Below, in pieces: positions 1-9,174 of a DNA stretch of 64,000 bases (positions are counted from its first letter, which is position 1; the number at the start of each line of letters is the position of its first letter). The notes below the pieces were generated by a model. That model saw nothing but the letters and a program-made list of their open reading frames with translations, was not told the DNA's origin and searched no databases. This DNA comes from Spirochaetia bacterium (GTDB lineage: Bacteria > Spirochaetota > Spirochaetia > SZUA-6 > Bin103), in the NCBI GenBank assembly GCA_965199955.1, contig CBDATQ010000001.1, positions 1,824,001 through 1,888,000 on the forward strand. The letters run 5' to 3'. A program made the position numbers and the translations under genes.

Positions 1-160
1 GCTGTAGAAGCGTCTTTGCATCCTGCCGGTAACCGGCCATCAGTGGCCTACTGGCGGCCTTGGTTGCCTATCCGGCACGGCTTCGAGAAGAGCATTTACC
101 AGCCACCAAAGATCTTCAAATTCGAGCTGTTACAATGCAAATCAATAATAGTTTCTGTAC

Positions 161-1600
161 TTATGTATTATTGGCGATGGCTATTTCGAGATCACGGCGC
201 TTATCAGATAGATAGCCGAGCGTTCGACTTCCGATCATATTACCGGACACTTCTAGCCAGCGTAGCCGAGGGATACAGGCGAGAACAAGAATAGCTTCCT
301 CCTGAAGTGGGCATCCTGCCAATCGCAGGCGAGTGAGTTGATTGAGCCTGCATAAAGCCTGAAAGTTGATTCCTTTGATGTTTGTATGAGATAGATCAAG
401 AAATGTCAGGAGAGAGCACTTGGCTATGTACTCTAAGCACAGATCTGTGCAGCGCGTACCCCGAATGTCAAGCGCTCGTAGTCGGTGAAAGCGACTCAGT
501 ATTTCTGCTCCCGCGTCAGTAATGGCGCAACCTCTAAGCCACAAACACTGGACGTGTTCCTTGAATTCAACTAGGTGTTGAATGCCCGTATCGGTCACTC
601 TGGTACCGCTCAGGTTGATCATGCCATCTCCGATTGCAAAGTCTTCTTGTGCAAGTAGCGTGTCAATTCTGCGCTGTTGAATCGACTTCTTGCGACGAGA
701 TATACGTCTTGATTGACGTTCTCTGCGGGTTGGATGTCCTTTTTGGTCCCAATGATCGGAGAAACGAGTCAGCGTGTGTTCCGCAAGCGAGGAGGCGTGT
801 ATCAGCGGAGGACTTTGCTGTTGGACACCGATTTTCCCTACGGAGACTCCTTCCGTTTGGTATTCCTCCAGGGCTATGGACCCATCCTGCAATACGATTA
901 CACGACTCCAGGTGTTAGCGATCAGAATCGCAAAACCTCCTTCAACTGCGTGCTTCCTCATGACGCGCGTATTGATGGGACCGCCACCTCCGTCCATTGG
1001 AATCGCAACGATCTCAGCCCCTTGCGCAGCATATGGGGAGAAATGCTCGGCTATTGTCCGATCGGCGCAGATCAACATGCCCATCCGGCCGAAAGGAGTG
1101 TTCTTGCACGGCATATTACGACCAGCATCGATCCACTGCTCGGTCTGAGGGAATACCTTGCTGTATCTATAGATGACATTTCCCAAAGGAGATAGCATCA
1201 CACAGCTGTTACGTAGCCTCGGTTGGCGACCGCGAATATCTACTCGTTCAAGAAAGCCGAATACGAGGTGGATGTTTAGTTGTCGGCACATGGACGCTGC
1301 TCTCACCAGGTAGGGGCCATCAGGAATGCGTTGGGCAATGGTAATCATGCGGCGTCGTGAAGTAGGATATGTGCAGCAATATCCATCAAGTACTGATTCG
1401 GGAGCCACTACCAGTTCTGCCCCGAGGTCCGCTGCTTCGCGGACATAAGATTCTAGTCGACGGTAATTCTCTTCGATAGCGTATGGAAACCCACGCATGC
1501 TTACGAGGCCGACGCGAAAGCTCTGGTAGGGATCGCTTGTAGAGGCGTTTCTGTTGCTTTGGCTGGACGCGACACGCTGTGATATATCAGGATTCTTCAT
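161..1600 (-). CDS. Carbon-nitrogen hydrolase (nitrilase superfamily) fused to C-terminal leucine-rich repeats
   Basis: Glu-Lys-Cys triad motifs VVAPES, YSKVF and LICAD. After a basic linker come LxxLxLxxxxITDxG-type repeats (INLSGTRVTDTG, LWLRGCAITDAG, LDIRGTRCTD, LDLSHTNI). GC is visibly lower than in the rest of the window. Start is ATG 1600 or TTG 1618. Confidence 0.85.
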   Translation of the reverse strand: MKNPDISQRVASSQSNRNASTSDPYQSFRVGLVSMRGFPYAIEENYRRLESYVREAADLGAELVVAPESVLDGYCCTYPTSRRRMITIAQRIPDGPYLVRAASMCRQLNIHLVFGFLERVDIRGRQPRLRNSCVMLSPLGNVIYRYSKVFPQTEQWIDAGRNMPCKNTPFGRMGMLICADRTIAEHFSPYAAQGAEIVAIPMDGGGGPINTRVMRKHAVEGGFAILIANTWSRVIVLQDGSIALEEYQTEGVSVGKIGVQQQSPPLIHASSLAEHTLTRFSDHWDQKGHPTRRERQSRRISRRKKSIQQRRIDTLLAQEDFAIGDGMINLSGTRVTDTGIQHLVEFKEHVQCLWLRGCAITDAGAEILSRFHRLRALDIRGTRCTDLCLEYIAKCSLLTFLDLSHTNIKGINFQALCRLNQLTRLRLAGCPLQEEAILVLACIPRLRWLEVSGNMIGSRTLGYLSDKRRDLEIAIANNT

Positions 1601-1675
1601 CGAATTCACCTGTTTCAATTGGGTGTAGGTCTCGAACTGACGATTCAGGCGGCATGACCGTAGACGGACGCGATC

Positions 1676-3024
1676 GAGGTCCTGTCAATAGGTGTGTAAA
1701 CGAGTCAGGCAGCGTCCCGCTCCTGATCTTCGATTCGAATTCCGTCTCGGTACTCGGCTCCCACCCACACATCTTGAAGTAGCTCCGGCGCGTTCAGCTT
1801 CCGGAACTTCGTCTCGGCCACCAACAGCATCTTCCAGATCACGGCGGTGGCGTTGGCTACCTTCATGAATCGCTTCGCCGCATCGGTCCGTAACCTCAGC
1901 GCCGCGAACGGCGACTCGATCACATTGGTCGTCCGCAGGTGCCGCCAGTGAGCTCGTGGATACCCGTAGTAGCTCACCATCCGCTCCCAGTCCTGCGCGA
2001 TCAACTCGGCGGCTCGCTGCAGCCCCTGGCCACGCGCCCAGCTCTGGAACGATCCTCGACGTTGCTCAGCCTCCTTGAGCGTCTCGGCGTAGGCGATCTT
2101 CTTCAGCTTCCCCTTCGCTTCCTCCTGAGAGCGCTTCGGCACCTGGTCCAGCACGTTGACGATCTGGTGATTCCAGCACCGTTGCTCCTCGGCGTCCGGA
2201 TACACCTCCCGCAGCGCCGCCCAGATCCCCAGGTGCCCGTCGCCGATCACCACCCGCGGACAGCGAAGGCCCCGCTGTCGGGCATCCCTGAGCATTCCCT
2301 TCCAGCTCTCGGTCGACTCCCGGTACCCGCTGCGCAGTGTGATGAGCACCTTGCGCCCGTCGGCCAGCCCGCCAATCGCCACCAGCAGCGCCGCCTTGTC
2401 CTTCTCCAGCCCCGCTTTCACGTACACGCCGTCGACCCACAGGTACACCAACTCCAGATCCGCCAGGCTGCGTTCGTGCCACGCGGCCGCCTCGGCGTGC
2501 CAGCGGTCCTTCACCCGCGCCACCGTGCTCGCCGACAGCGGCGCCCCCTCGCCGAACAGCCCCCGCAGCGCCAGTTCGAAATCGCCCAGCGCCAGCCCGT
2601 GCAGGTACAACTGCGGCAGCACGTCGGTGACCTCAGGCGTGCGCCGCGCACACAGCGCCAGCAGCGCGCTGTCGAACCGCTGCTGCAGCCCGCGCACCCG
2701 CGGCCGACGCACCCTCACCGTGCCGGCCCGTGTGGTCAGCTGCCGCGGCTTGCCGTAGCCGTTGCGGTAGCCGCGTTCCCCTTCATCTCGGCGACGGTAG
2801 CGGGCTCGGCCAAGAAACTGCGTCACCTCGTCCTCAAGCAATCCCTGCAGCCACTGCTGAACGTGGCGCCGGGCCATCTCCTCCATGGCCTGCCAGCACG
2901 CGCTTGACTGGGTGCTCTGCTTCGTGACCAACTCTTCCACGGCGGTGTCCTCCTGACTTTGTGGTGATTTCAGGATTCTACAGGGCGCCGCCTTTTTCGT
3001 TTACACACCTCTTGATGGTAGCTC
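1676..3024 (-). mobile_element. IS256-family insertion sequence
   Basis: 28-bp imperfect terminal inverted repeats, 23/28 identical: 1676-1703 gaggtcctgtcaataggtgtgtaaacga versus the reverse complement of 2997-3024 gagctaccatcaagaggtgtgtaaacga. They enclose a single transposase gene. No flanking target duplication. Confidence 0.9.
1705..2940 (-). CDS. IS256 (Mutator) family DDE transposase
   Basis: YRNGYGKPR, LYLHGL, WVDGVY, IGDGH, QRCWNH and LRTTNVIES motifs. RBS aggagga before the GTG. Confidence 0.95.
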   Translation of the reverse strand: MEELVTKQSTQSSACWQAMEEMARRHVQQWLQGLLEDEVTQFLGRARYRRRDEGERGYRNGYGKPRQLTTRAGTVRVRRPRVRGLQQRFDSALLALCARRTPEVTDVLPQLYLHGLALGDFELALRGLFGEGAPLSASTVARVKDRWHAEAAAWHERSLADLELVYLWVDGVYVKAGLEKDKAALLVAIGGLADGRKVLITLRSGYRESTESWKGMLRDARQRGLRCPRVVIGDGHLGIWAALREVYPDAEEQRCWNHQIVNVLDQVPKRSQEEAKGKLKKIAYAETLKEAEQRRGSFQSWARGQGLQRAAELIAQDWERMVSYYGYPRAHWRHLRTTNVIESPFAALRLRTDAAKRFMKVANATAVIWKMLLVAETKFRKLNAPELLQDVWVGAEYRDGIRIEDQERDAA

Positions 3025-3025
3025 G

Positions 3026-3289
3026 CCGCCGATGCTGTTGATCCATGTCACGGAGGACGCGGTGGTGCCGGTAACCCAGTCGCGTGGCATGCTCGCGGCG
3101 CTCCGGCGTGCCGGCCACACGCCGGAGCTGCTGGAGGTGTCCGACGGCCACTTCGCCATGAACGCCGCCTACCCAGGCGAGCCCAAGGAGTTCGTCCGCG
3201 AGGCGGAAGTCCTGCGGTTTCTGCGCGCCCACCTGTACGGAGTATTGTGCGTCCGCGCCGTCAGTCCCGGTCGTTCCAGAAGGCGGTGA
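3026..3289 (+). pseudogene. C-terminal fragment of an alpha/beta hydrolase (S9/esterase-like), 5' part removed at the IS256 end
   Basis: PPMLLIHxxEDAVVPVTQSRGMLAALRRAG...GH matches the Asp/His half of alpha/beta hydrolases. It begins immediately after the IS inverted repeat and has no nucleophile motif. Confidence 0.7.
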
Positions 3290-4370
3290 TCAGGCGGTTG
3301 ACCTCGGAGGCGCGTTCCATCTGCACCATGTGACCGGTGTCGTCGAGGATGTGCACCCGGTCCTGGTTCGGGAGATCGCGGGCGTGGCCGGCCGGGATGA
3401 TGCGGTCGTCCGCGCCCCAGATCACCAGGGTCGGGACGGCGTCGATAATGCGGCGGGCGTCCTCGGCGTGATCGCCGGCGTCGGTGAGCCGGCCTGCCAG
3501 CGCCTCCAGGCACTCCTGCACCCCGTCGAGCCGCTTGTACTTGAGCAGGTCCTCGACAAGCTGGCGGGTGACCAGCGATTCATCGCCGAATAGCTTGAGG
3601 ACGTGCGGCTTGAGCTCCCGGCGGCTGCGGCTGCTGGTGAACCCCTGCAGGTACTCCGCGTCGATCTCCGGGCCGAGGCCGGCGCTCGCGAGCAGGGTCA
3701 GCGAGCAGACGAGGTGCGGCTGCGATCGGGCCAGGTGCAGGGCGATCGCCCCGCCCATGGAGTGTCCGACCAAGTCGGCCTCCGTCACGCCCAGCTCCCG
3801 CAACGTGTCGTGCACGACCTCCGCCATGGACGCGAAGCTGCCGTCGCCCACCGCCTTCGTGGAGCGGCCGTGTCCGGGCAGCTCCAGCGCGATGACGGTG
3901 CGGTCCGAGCTCAGCGCCCCTTGATTGAACAGCCAGTTGTCGAGATCGCCGCCGAAGCCGTGCAGCAGGACGGCCGTCCGGGCCGCGGACCCCTGCCGCG
4001 CGAAGGCGATCGACAGCTCGCCGACCTGGACCGTCTCGACCTGGTCGCCGGCTTCCTCGGCGCCCGTCTCCTCGGGCACGAAGCTCTCCTGAAACTGCTG
4101 CACGAAGGCGTCGACGTCCGCGTCGGCTATCTCATCGCCGGCGACCACGCCCAGCAGGGCGCCCACCGGCAGGGTGTCGCCGGTCGCGGCCACGGCGCGG
4201 CGCAGGGTGCCGGCATCGGCGGCCTCCACGGCGCCGGAGATCTTCTCCGTATCGACCAGCACCACCTCGGTGCCGGACTCCACGGCATCGCCTTCCGCCA
4301 CCAGCCAGTCGCCCACCACGCCCTCGGTCATGGCGAGCCCCCACTTGGGCATGGTGATCGCGCTGATCAT
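3261..4370 (-). CDS. acoC: Acetoin dehydrogenase E2-type subunit (lipoyl domain plus alpha/beta hydrolase)
   Basis: MPKWGLAMTEG...DTEKI lipoyl domain, then HGFGGD and GHSMGG. ATGA overlap with the acoB stop. Confidence 0.9.
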   Translation of the reverse strand: MISAITMPKWGLAMTEGVVGDWLVAEGDAVESGTEVVLVDTEKISGAVEAADAGTLRRAVAATGDTLPVGALLGVVAGDEIADADVDAFVQQFQESFVPEETGAEEAGDQVETVQVGELSIAFARQGSAARTAVLLHGFGGDLDNWLFNQGALSSDRTVIALELPGHGRSTKAVGDGSFASMAEVVHDTLRELGVTEADLVGHSMGGAIALHLARSQPHLVCSLTLLASAGLGPEIDAEYLQGFTSSRSRRELKPHVLKLFGDESLVTRQLVEDLLKYKRLDGVQECLEALAGRLTDAGDHAEDARRIIDAVPTLVIWGADDRIIPAGHARDLPNQDRVHILDDTGHMVQMERASEVNRLITAFWNDRD

Positions 4371-5368
4371 GCGGCGGTCTCGCGCACGCAGGCGGCGATC
4401 TTCTCGGCCGAGGGCACGAAGTGCTTCTCCAGCTCCGGCGAGAACGGCACCGGGGTGTGCGGCGCCGTCACCATGCCGACCGGAGCCTGCAGGTCTCCGA
4501 ATCCCTCGCGCGCCACGGCGGCGGCGACGTCGGCGGCGACGCTGCAGCGCGGGTGCGCCTCGTCCACGACCACCAGGCGGCCGGTGTTCTCCACGCTCTC
4601 CAGGACGGTGTCGGTGTCGATGGGGGACAGGGTGCGCAGGTCGATCACCTCGCACTCGATCCCGTCGCCGGCAAGCTCCTCGGCCGCCTCGACTGCCCGG
4701 TGCACCATCATCCCGTAGCCGACGACCGTGCAGTCGTCGCCTTCGCGCACAATGTTCGCCTCGCCGAACGGGATGGCGTACAACTCCTCCGGCACCTCGC
4801 CGGTGACATCGTATATCTTCTTGTGCTCGCAGAAGACCACCGGGTCGTCGTCGCGGATCGACTCGATCATCAGCCCCTTCGCGTCGTACGGCGACGAGGG
4901 GCACACCACCTTGATGCCGGGGACGTGGGTGAAGATGGAGGTCAGCGTCTGCGAGTGCTGGGCGGCGGCGGAGAGCCCGGCGCCGTACATGGTGCGGATG
5001 ACGACCGGCGTTTCCGCCTTGCCGCCGAACATGTAGCGGAACTTGGCCGCCTGGTTGAAGATCTGGTCGAAGCAGACGCCCAGGAAGTCGATGAACATCA
5101 GCTCCGCGACCGGTCGCATGCCGCACGTGGCCGCGCCGACGGCGGCGCCGACGAACGCGGCCTCGGACAGCGGCGTGTCGAGCACGCGGTCGCCGTACTT
5201 CTTGTAGAGGCCCTTGTAGAGCCCCATGGCGCCGCCCCAGGCCTCGTCTTTGCCCGGACTGCCGGTGCCGCCGGCGATGTCCTCGCCCATCAGGATCACG
5301 GTGGGGTCCCGCTCCATCTCCTGGTCGAACGCCTGGTTGATCGCCTCGCGAATCGATAGCTCTGCCAT
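4367..5368 (-). CDS. acoB: Acetoin dehydrogenase E1 beta subunit
   Basis: MGEDI, DTPLSE, ELMFIDF, AAQHSQ and IDLRTLSP motifs. Operon context. Confidence 0.92.
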   Translation of the reverse strand: MAELSIREAINQAFDQEMERDPTVILMGEDIAGGTGSPGKDEAWGGAMGLYKGLYKKYGDRVLDTPLSEAAFVGAAVGAATCGMRPVAELMFIDFLGVCFDQIFNQAAKFRYMFGGKAETPVVIRTMYGAGLSAAAQHSQTLTSIFTHVPGIKVVCPSSPYDAKGLMIESIRDDDPVVFCEHKKIYDVTGEVPEELYAIPFGEANIVREGDDCTVVGYGMMVHRAVEAAEELAGDGIECEVIDLRTLSPIDTDTVLESVENTGRLVVVDEAHPRCSVAADVAAAVAREGFGDLQAPVGMVTAPHTPVPFSPELEKHFVPSAEKIAACVRETAA

Positions 5369-5379
5369 GTTCTCCTCGC

Positions 5380-6363
5380 CTAATAGCTGACGTAGACGTC
5401 GGTGAGGAGGTCGTCCGCGGTGGGTTGCGGCGCCTCCTGTGCTGCGGCCACGGCCTGGTCGATCAACGCCGCGACCTCCCGGTCGATGGCCTCAAGGTCG
5501 TCCTGCCCGAGCGTTCCGACGCGCGTCACCTGCTGCACGAACTTGGCCAGGCAGTCGCGGTTGGCGCGGAGCTCCTCCACCTCTCCGGGCGCCCGGTAGG
5601 TCTGCGCGTCGCCTTCGTAGTGGCCGTAGAAGCGGATCATGCCGCACTCCAGCAGCCCCGGACCGCCGCCTGCGCGGGCGCGGGCGATCATGGCGCCGGC
5701 GGCCTCGTGGACGGCGAAGAAGTCGGTGCCGTCCACGGTGACGCCCGGCATGCCGAACCCGGATGCGCGGTCCACGTAGCTGTCGACGGCCACGGCGTAG
5801 TCGCGCGAGGTGGACTGGGCGTAGGCGTTGTTCTCCACCACGAAGATGGCCGGCAGGTCCCACACGGCGGCCAGGTTGAGGCTCTCCAGGAAGTTGCCGG
5901 CGTTGGAGGCGCCGTCGCCGACGAAGCTGACCGCCACGCTGCCGTCCTGCTTGAACTTGGACGCCAGCGCCGCGCCGCAGACCAGCGGCGCGCCGGCGCC
6001 CAGGATGCCGTTGGCGCCCATCATGCCCAGGTCCAGGTCGGCGATGTGCATGGAGCCGCCCTTGCCGCGGCAGGTGCCGGTGGCGCGGCCGTAGAGCTCG
6101 GCGAACATGCCTTTGACGTCGACGCCCTTGGCGATGCAGTGGCCGTGCCCGCGGTGGGTGCTGGCGATGTGGTCTTCCTGCCGGAGGTTCATCATGATGC
6201 CGGTCGCCGCGGCCTCCTCGCCGGCGTAGAGATGGACGAACCCCGGCAGGTCGCCGGTGGCGAACTCCACGTGGACCCGCTCCTCGAATTCCCGGATCGT
6301 CTTCATGGTCCGGTAGGCCTGGAGCAGCTCCTCCCGGCCGAGCGCAATGGTGTCGGTGCTCAT
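5380..6363 (-). CDS. acoA: Acetoin dehydrogenase E1 alpha subunit (TPP-dependent)
   Basis: GFVHLYAGEEA, STHRGHGH, GKGGSMH and the TPP motif GDGA...ENN. Confidence 0.92.
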   Translation of the reverse strand: MSTDTIALGREELLQAYRTMKTIREFEERVHVEFATGDLPGFVHLYAGEEAAATGIMMNLRQEDHIASTHRGHGHCIAKGVDVKGMFAELYGRATGTCRGKGGSMHIADLDLGMMGANGILGAGAPLVCGAALASKFKQDGSVAVSFVGDGASNAGNFLESLNLAAVWDLPAIFVVENNAYAQSTSRDYAVAVDSYVDRASGFGMPGVTVDGTDFFAVHEAAGAMIARARAGGGPGLLECGMIRFYGHYEGDAQTYRAPGEVEELRANRDCLAKFVQQVTRVGTLGQDDLEAIDREVAALIDQAVAAAQEAPQPTADDLLTDVYVSY

Positions 6364-7401
6364 CGGTCCTCCCGTGGCCTCTCCTCTCGAAACAGGCCGT
6401 GCTCCGCGGCGTAGCGCATCACCGCTCCCACGTCCAGCGTGTCGAAGGCATCGCGGAGGAGGGTGATCTCCACCCGATCGTCAGGCCGCACGTGTATCTC
6501 GCGCTCGCCATCCAGGGAAATCATGCCCGACTCGTGATGCAGCCGAATCGCCTCGTCCGCGGCCAGCGCCTCATGGTGCCTGACGCCGACCGGCCGTATC
6601 AATCCTGGCGCGATCGGGACCCGCAGCACGGTCCCCGCGGCGGACGGGTCCTGGAGCTGAACCCGCAGTCCGAACGGCTCGCGCCGGCCCACGGGATGCA
6701 GGAGTCCGGCGACCGCGGACAGGCCGATCGCCTCGGGATCGGCGAAGGTGACGAAGATCTCGCGCAGGTGCTCGCTCCGCCACAGCGCCCGCGCACGATT
6801 CGGTGGTCACGCACACGTCCACCAGGGCGACGTCCGGCTGCTGAGAGCCGTTGACCGTGACCTGCAGGAGCTTGTTCGGGACCAGTGCGGTAGCGGCGGG
6901 GACGCGGCCGGTCACCGTCAGCCCCACCGCCAGTCCGGTGACGGTCGGTTCCCGCTGCTCGGGAAAGGCGTTGTTGGTGCCGGTCGAGATGCCGACGATC
7001 CACGCTCCGCCGCAGCACGCGGCCACCGCCCGATGCGTGCCGTCGCCGCCCAGGACGACGATCGCCACCACCCCCGCCGCGACCATCGCCCGGGTGGCGG
7101 CGAACGTGTCTTCCACCGTGCCGGTGACCGGCGTGTCGGTGAAGTGCAGGCGTGGCAGATCAGCGTGTCCCTGGTTGCGCTCGCGCTCCAGGCTGCGTGT
7201 CAGGTGTCTGCGGATGCCTCCGTCCTCGGGCATCATCAGCACTCGCGGCACCCCGCACGCGCCCAGCGCGGCCATGACCCGAAGCACGGTGTTGGCGCGG
7301 TCGCCGATCGGCATGCCGGTCGCGTTGGCGGTCACCCGCCGGATGTCGGTGGCGGCCGCCGGATTCGCGATCACACCGACGGCGGCGGTCGGATCTGGCA
7401 T
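6360..7401 (-). pseudogene. acoX: AcoX (ATP-NAD kinase-like), frameshifted near 6797
   Basis: GVIANPAA.DIRR, LGGDGT and STGTNN lie in one frame up to VDVCVTTE. The continuation ARALWRSEHLREIFVTFADPEAIGLS...PIAPGL...LDGERE lies in another frame and ends with an ATGA overlap onto acoA. Confidence 0.85.
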
Positions 7402-7522
7402 CAAGCACGCGCACCACGACGTGCCGACCGCATCAGAGCCATGCACAGAGCCTCATCAGGTCACCGTCATCTTAATGGCCTCAACGCGTCGGCCCGTGCG
7501 ATCATGGAGCAGGAGCGGCCCC

Positions 7523-8566
7523 ATGGAGAAGACATCGGCGGATGCCGGCACCAACAGCACGATCAGGCGCCACTTCGAGCTGGCCGCCGACGGGTTGGAG
7601 CCCGCGCTCCGGTGGGCGGCGGGGTCACCGGCGGAGCATGCCGACTGGCGCCGAGCATTCTCGCGACGGCTGAAACGACTGGTCGGAGAGCGGCCCGAGC
7701 GAGTGCCGCTGGAGGTCAGGTGGGGCGAGGTCGCCGACCTGGGGACCGTCGTGCGGCGCAAGGTCTACGTGCGTTCGGAGGCCTATTACTGGGTGCCCGC
7801 GTACTACTTCGTCCCCAAGCAGGTCCGCGAGAAGACGCCGGCGATCCTCTGCCTGCACGGCCACAGCGGCATCCTTCCCTACATCCGCGACGGCGATGAT
7901 GCCTAGCGTCACCAGTGCCGGGAGGGGGATCTGGACTACGCCGTCCACTTGGCCGAGCAGGGATACATCACGCTGGCGGCGGTGCAGCGCGGCTGGAACG
8001 AGACCGCGCTTCCCGAGGACCAGGCCAAAGGCACCCACAGTTGCCACCGCGTCACCATGGACGCCTTCCTGCTTGGCATGACCCCGGTGGGCCTGCGGTG
8101 CTGGGACGCCTCGCGTCTGGTCGACTTCCTGGAGACCCAGGAGCCGGTCGACAGCGCGCGGATCGGCGTCGCCGGCTTGTCGGGCGGCGGCACGACCGGC
8201 CTGTTCCTGACCGCGCTGGAGCCGCGGATCGCCCTGGCCATGATCGGCGGTTACTATTGCACGTTCCGGGACTCGATCTACTCCATCCACCACTGCATCT
8301 GCAACTGCGTGCCCGACATGATGCGATGGGGTGAGATGCGCGAGATCGCCGCCGTGTTCGCGCCCAAGCCGATGCTGGTCATCGCGGGCACCCGCGACAC
8401 GATCTTTCCGATCGCGGCCACCAGGCGAGCCTTCCGGGAGCTGGCCGAGGTCTACGAGCTGCTCGGCGCTCCGGGCAACCTGGACCGGGACTTCTTCAAC
8501 GGCCCGCACGCCTGGAACCACCGCAAGACGGTCCCGTTCCTGAGCCGGCACTGGGGCCGGCTGTGA
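7523..8566 (+). pseudogene. Dienelactone hydrolase/acetyl-xylan-esterase-like alpha/beta hydrolase with an in-frame TAG at 7904-7906
   Basis: RBS aggag and ATG at 7523. VPAYYFVP..PAILCLHGH, then TAG, then the same frame continues DYAVHLAEQGY...RIGVAGLSGGG...AGTRD...GPH. Confidence 0.85.
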
Positions 8567-8667
8567 CCGCCACGGCCCCAGTTGATCCAGATCTGTTGAC
8601 GCCCGCAGGCGCGGTAGATACCCTCCGTAGGCAAGACCAAGAAGCATGACGAGACACACCACGCTCT

Positions 8668-9172
8668 ATGACATCAAGATCACAGGCCGAATTGACGGGC
8701 GCACGGTGCTCGTCATTAACGTGTCGTATCTGCGTCAAGCGCGAATCTCGAAAGTCCTACTCATGTCAAGTTGAAGGACCAGACCATCTCCTAATCGGCC
8801 TTTCCGACACAGAGGAGAGCACGGTCGTGGAAGTCATGGACATGCTAGTTCCCATTGCCTCAGAAACGCTGGTCGCGGGCGGCAACTTCCCCGCCATCGA
8901 AGGCATTGAGTGGATCCCTGTCAGCAGAGACAGAGCCCCTCCTTTCGCCGCCTCCAAGTTTACTCCAGAATGGGATACGGAACTGCTCGCCCTGACCGCG
9001 TAGCTCCTCTTGTACCAAGTCACCTCTCCAAAACGCCTGGAGCGCATCCTGATCGCAGCCGGTGCGCATAAGCGTCTCACGTACACCCCCCATCAAACAC
9101 GACTCCTTTGTGCGAATGGGAAACAAATCTCCTTCTCTCTGATCCACCGAAGGTTGATGTCCAACACGTCAC
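8668..9172 (+). other. Possible degraded hypothetical gene in a lower-GC segment
   Basis: ORFs 8668-9003 and 9010 onward are in the same frame, separated by one TAG, and run into the IS630 end. No recognisable motif. Confidence 0.25.
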
Positions 9173-9174
9173 TA

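Noticed and set aside
4371..5126. Apparent 621-aa AcoC with a long N-terminal extension
   Set aside because: The extension is an alternate frame over acoB. The real start is the ATG at 4370.
7904..9003. Two nearby in-frame TAG codons suggesting amber recoding or pyrrolysine
   Set aside because: Many intact genes here end at TAG at the expected position (for example 13210, 19941, 37954, hisI). No pyl genes or suppressor tRNA are visible.
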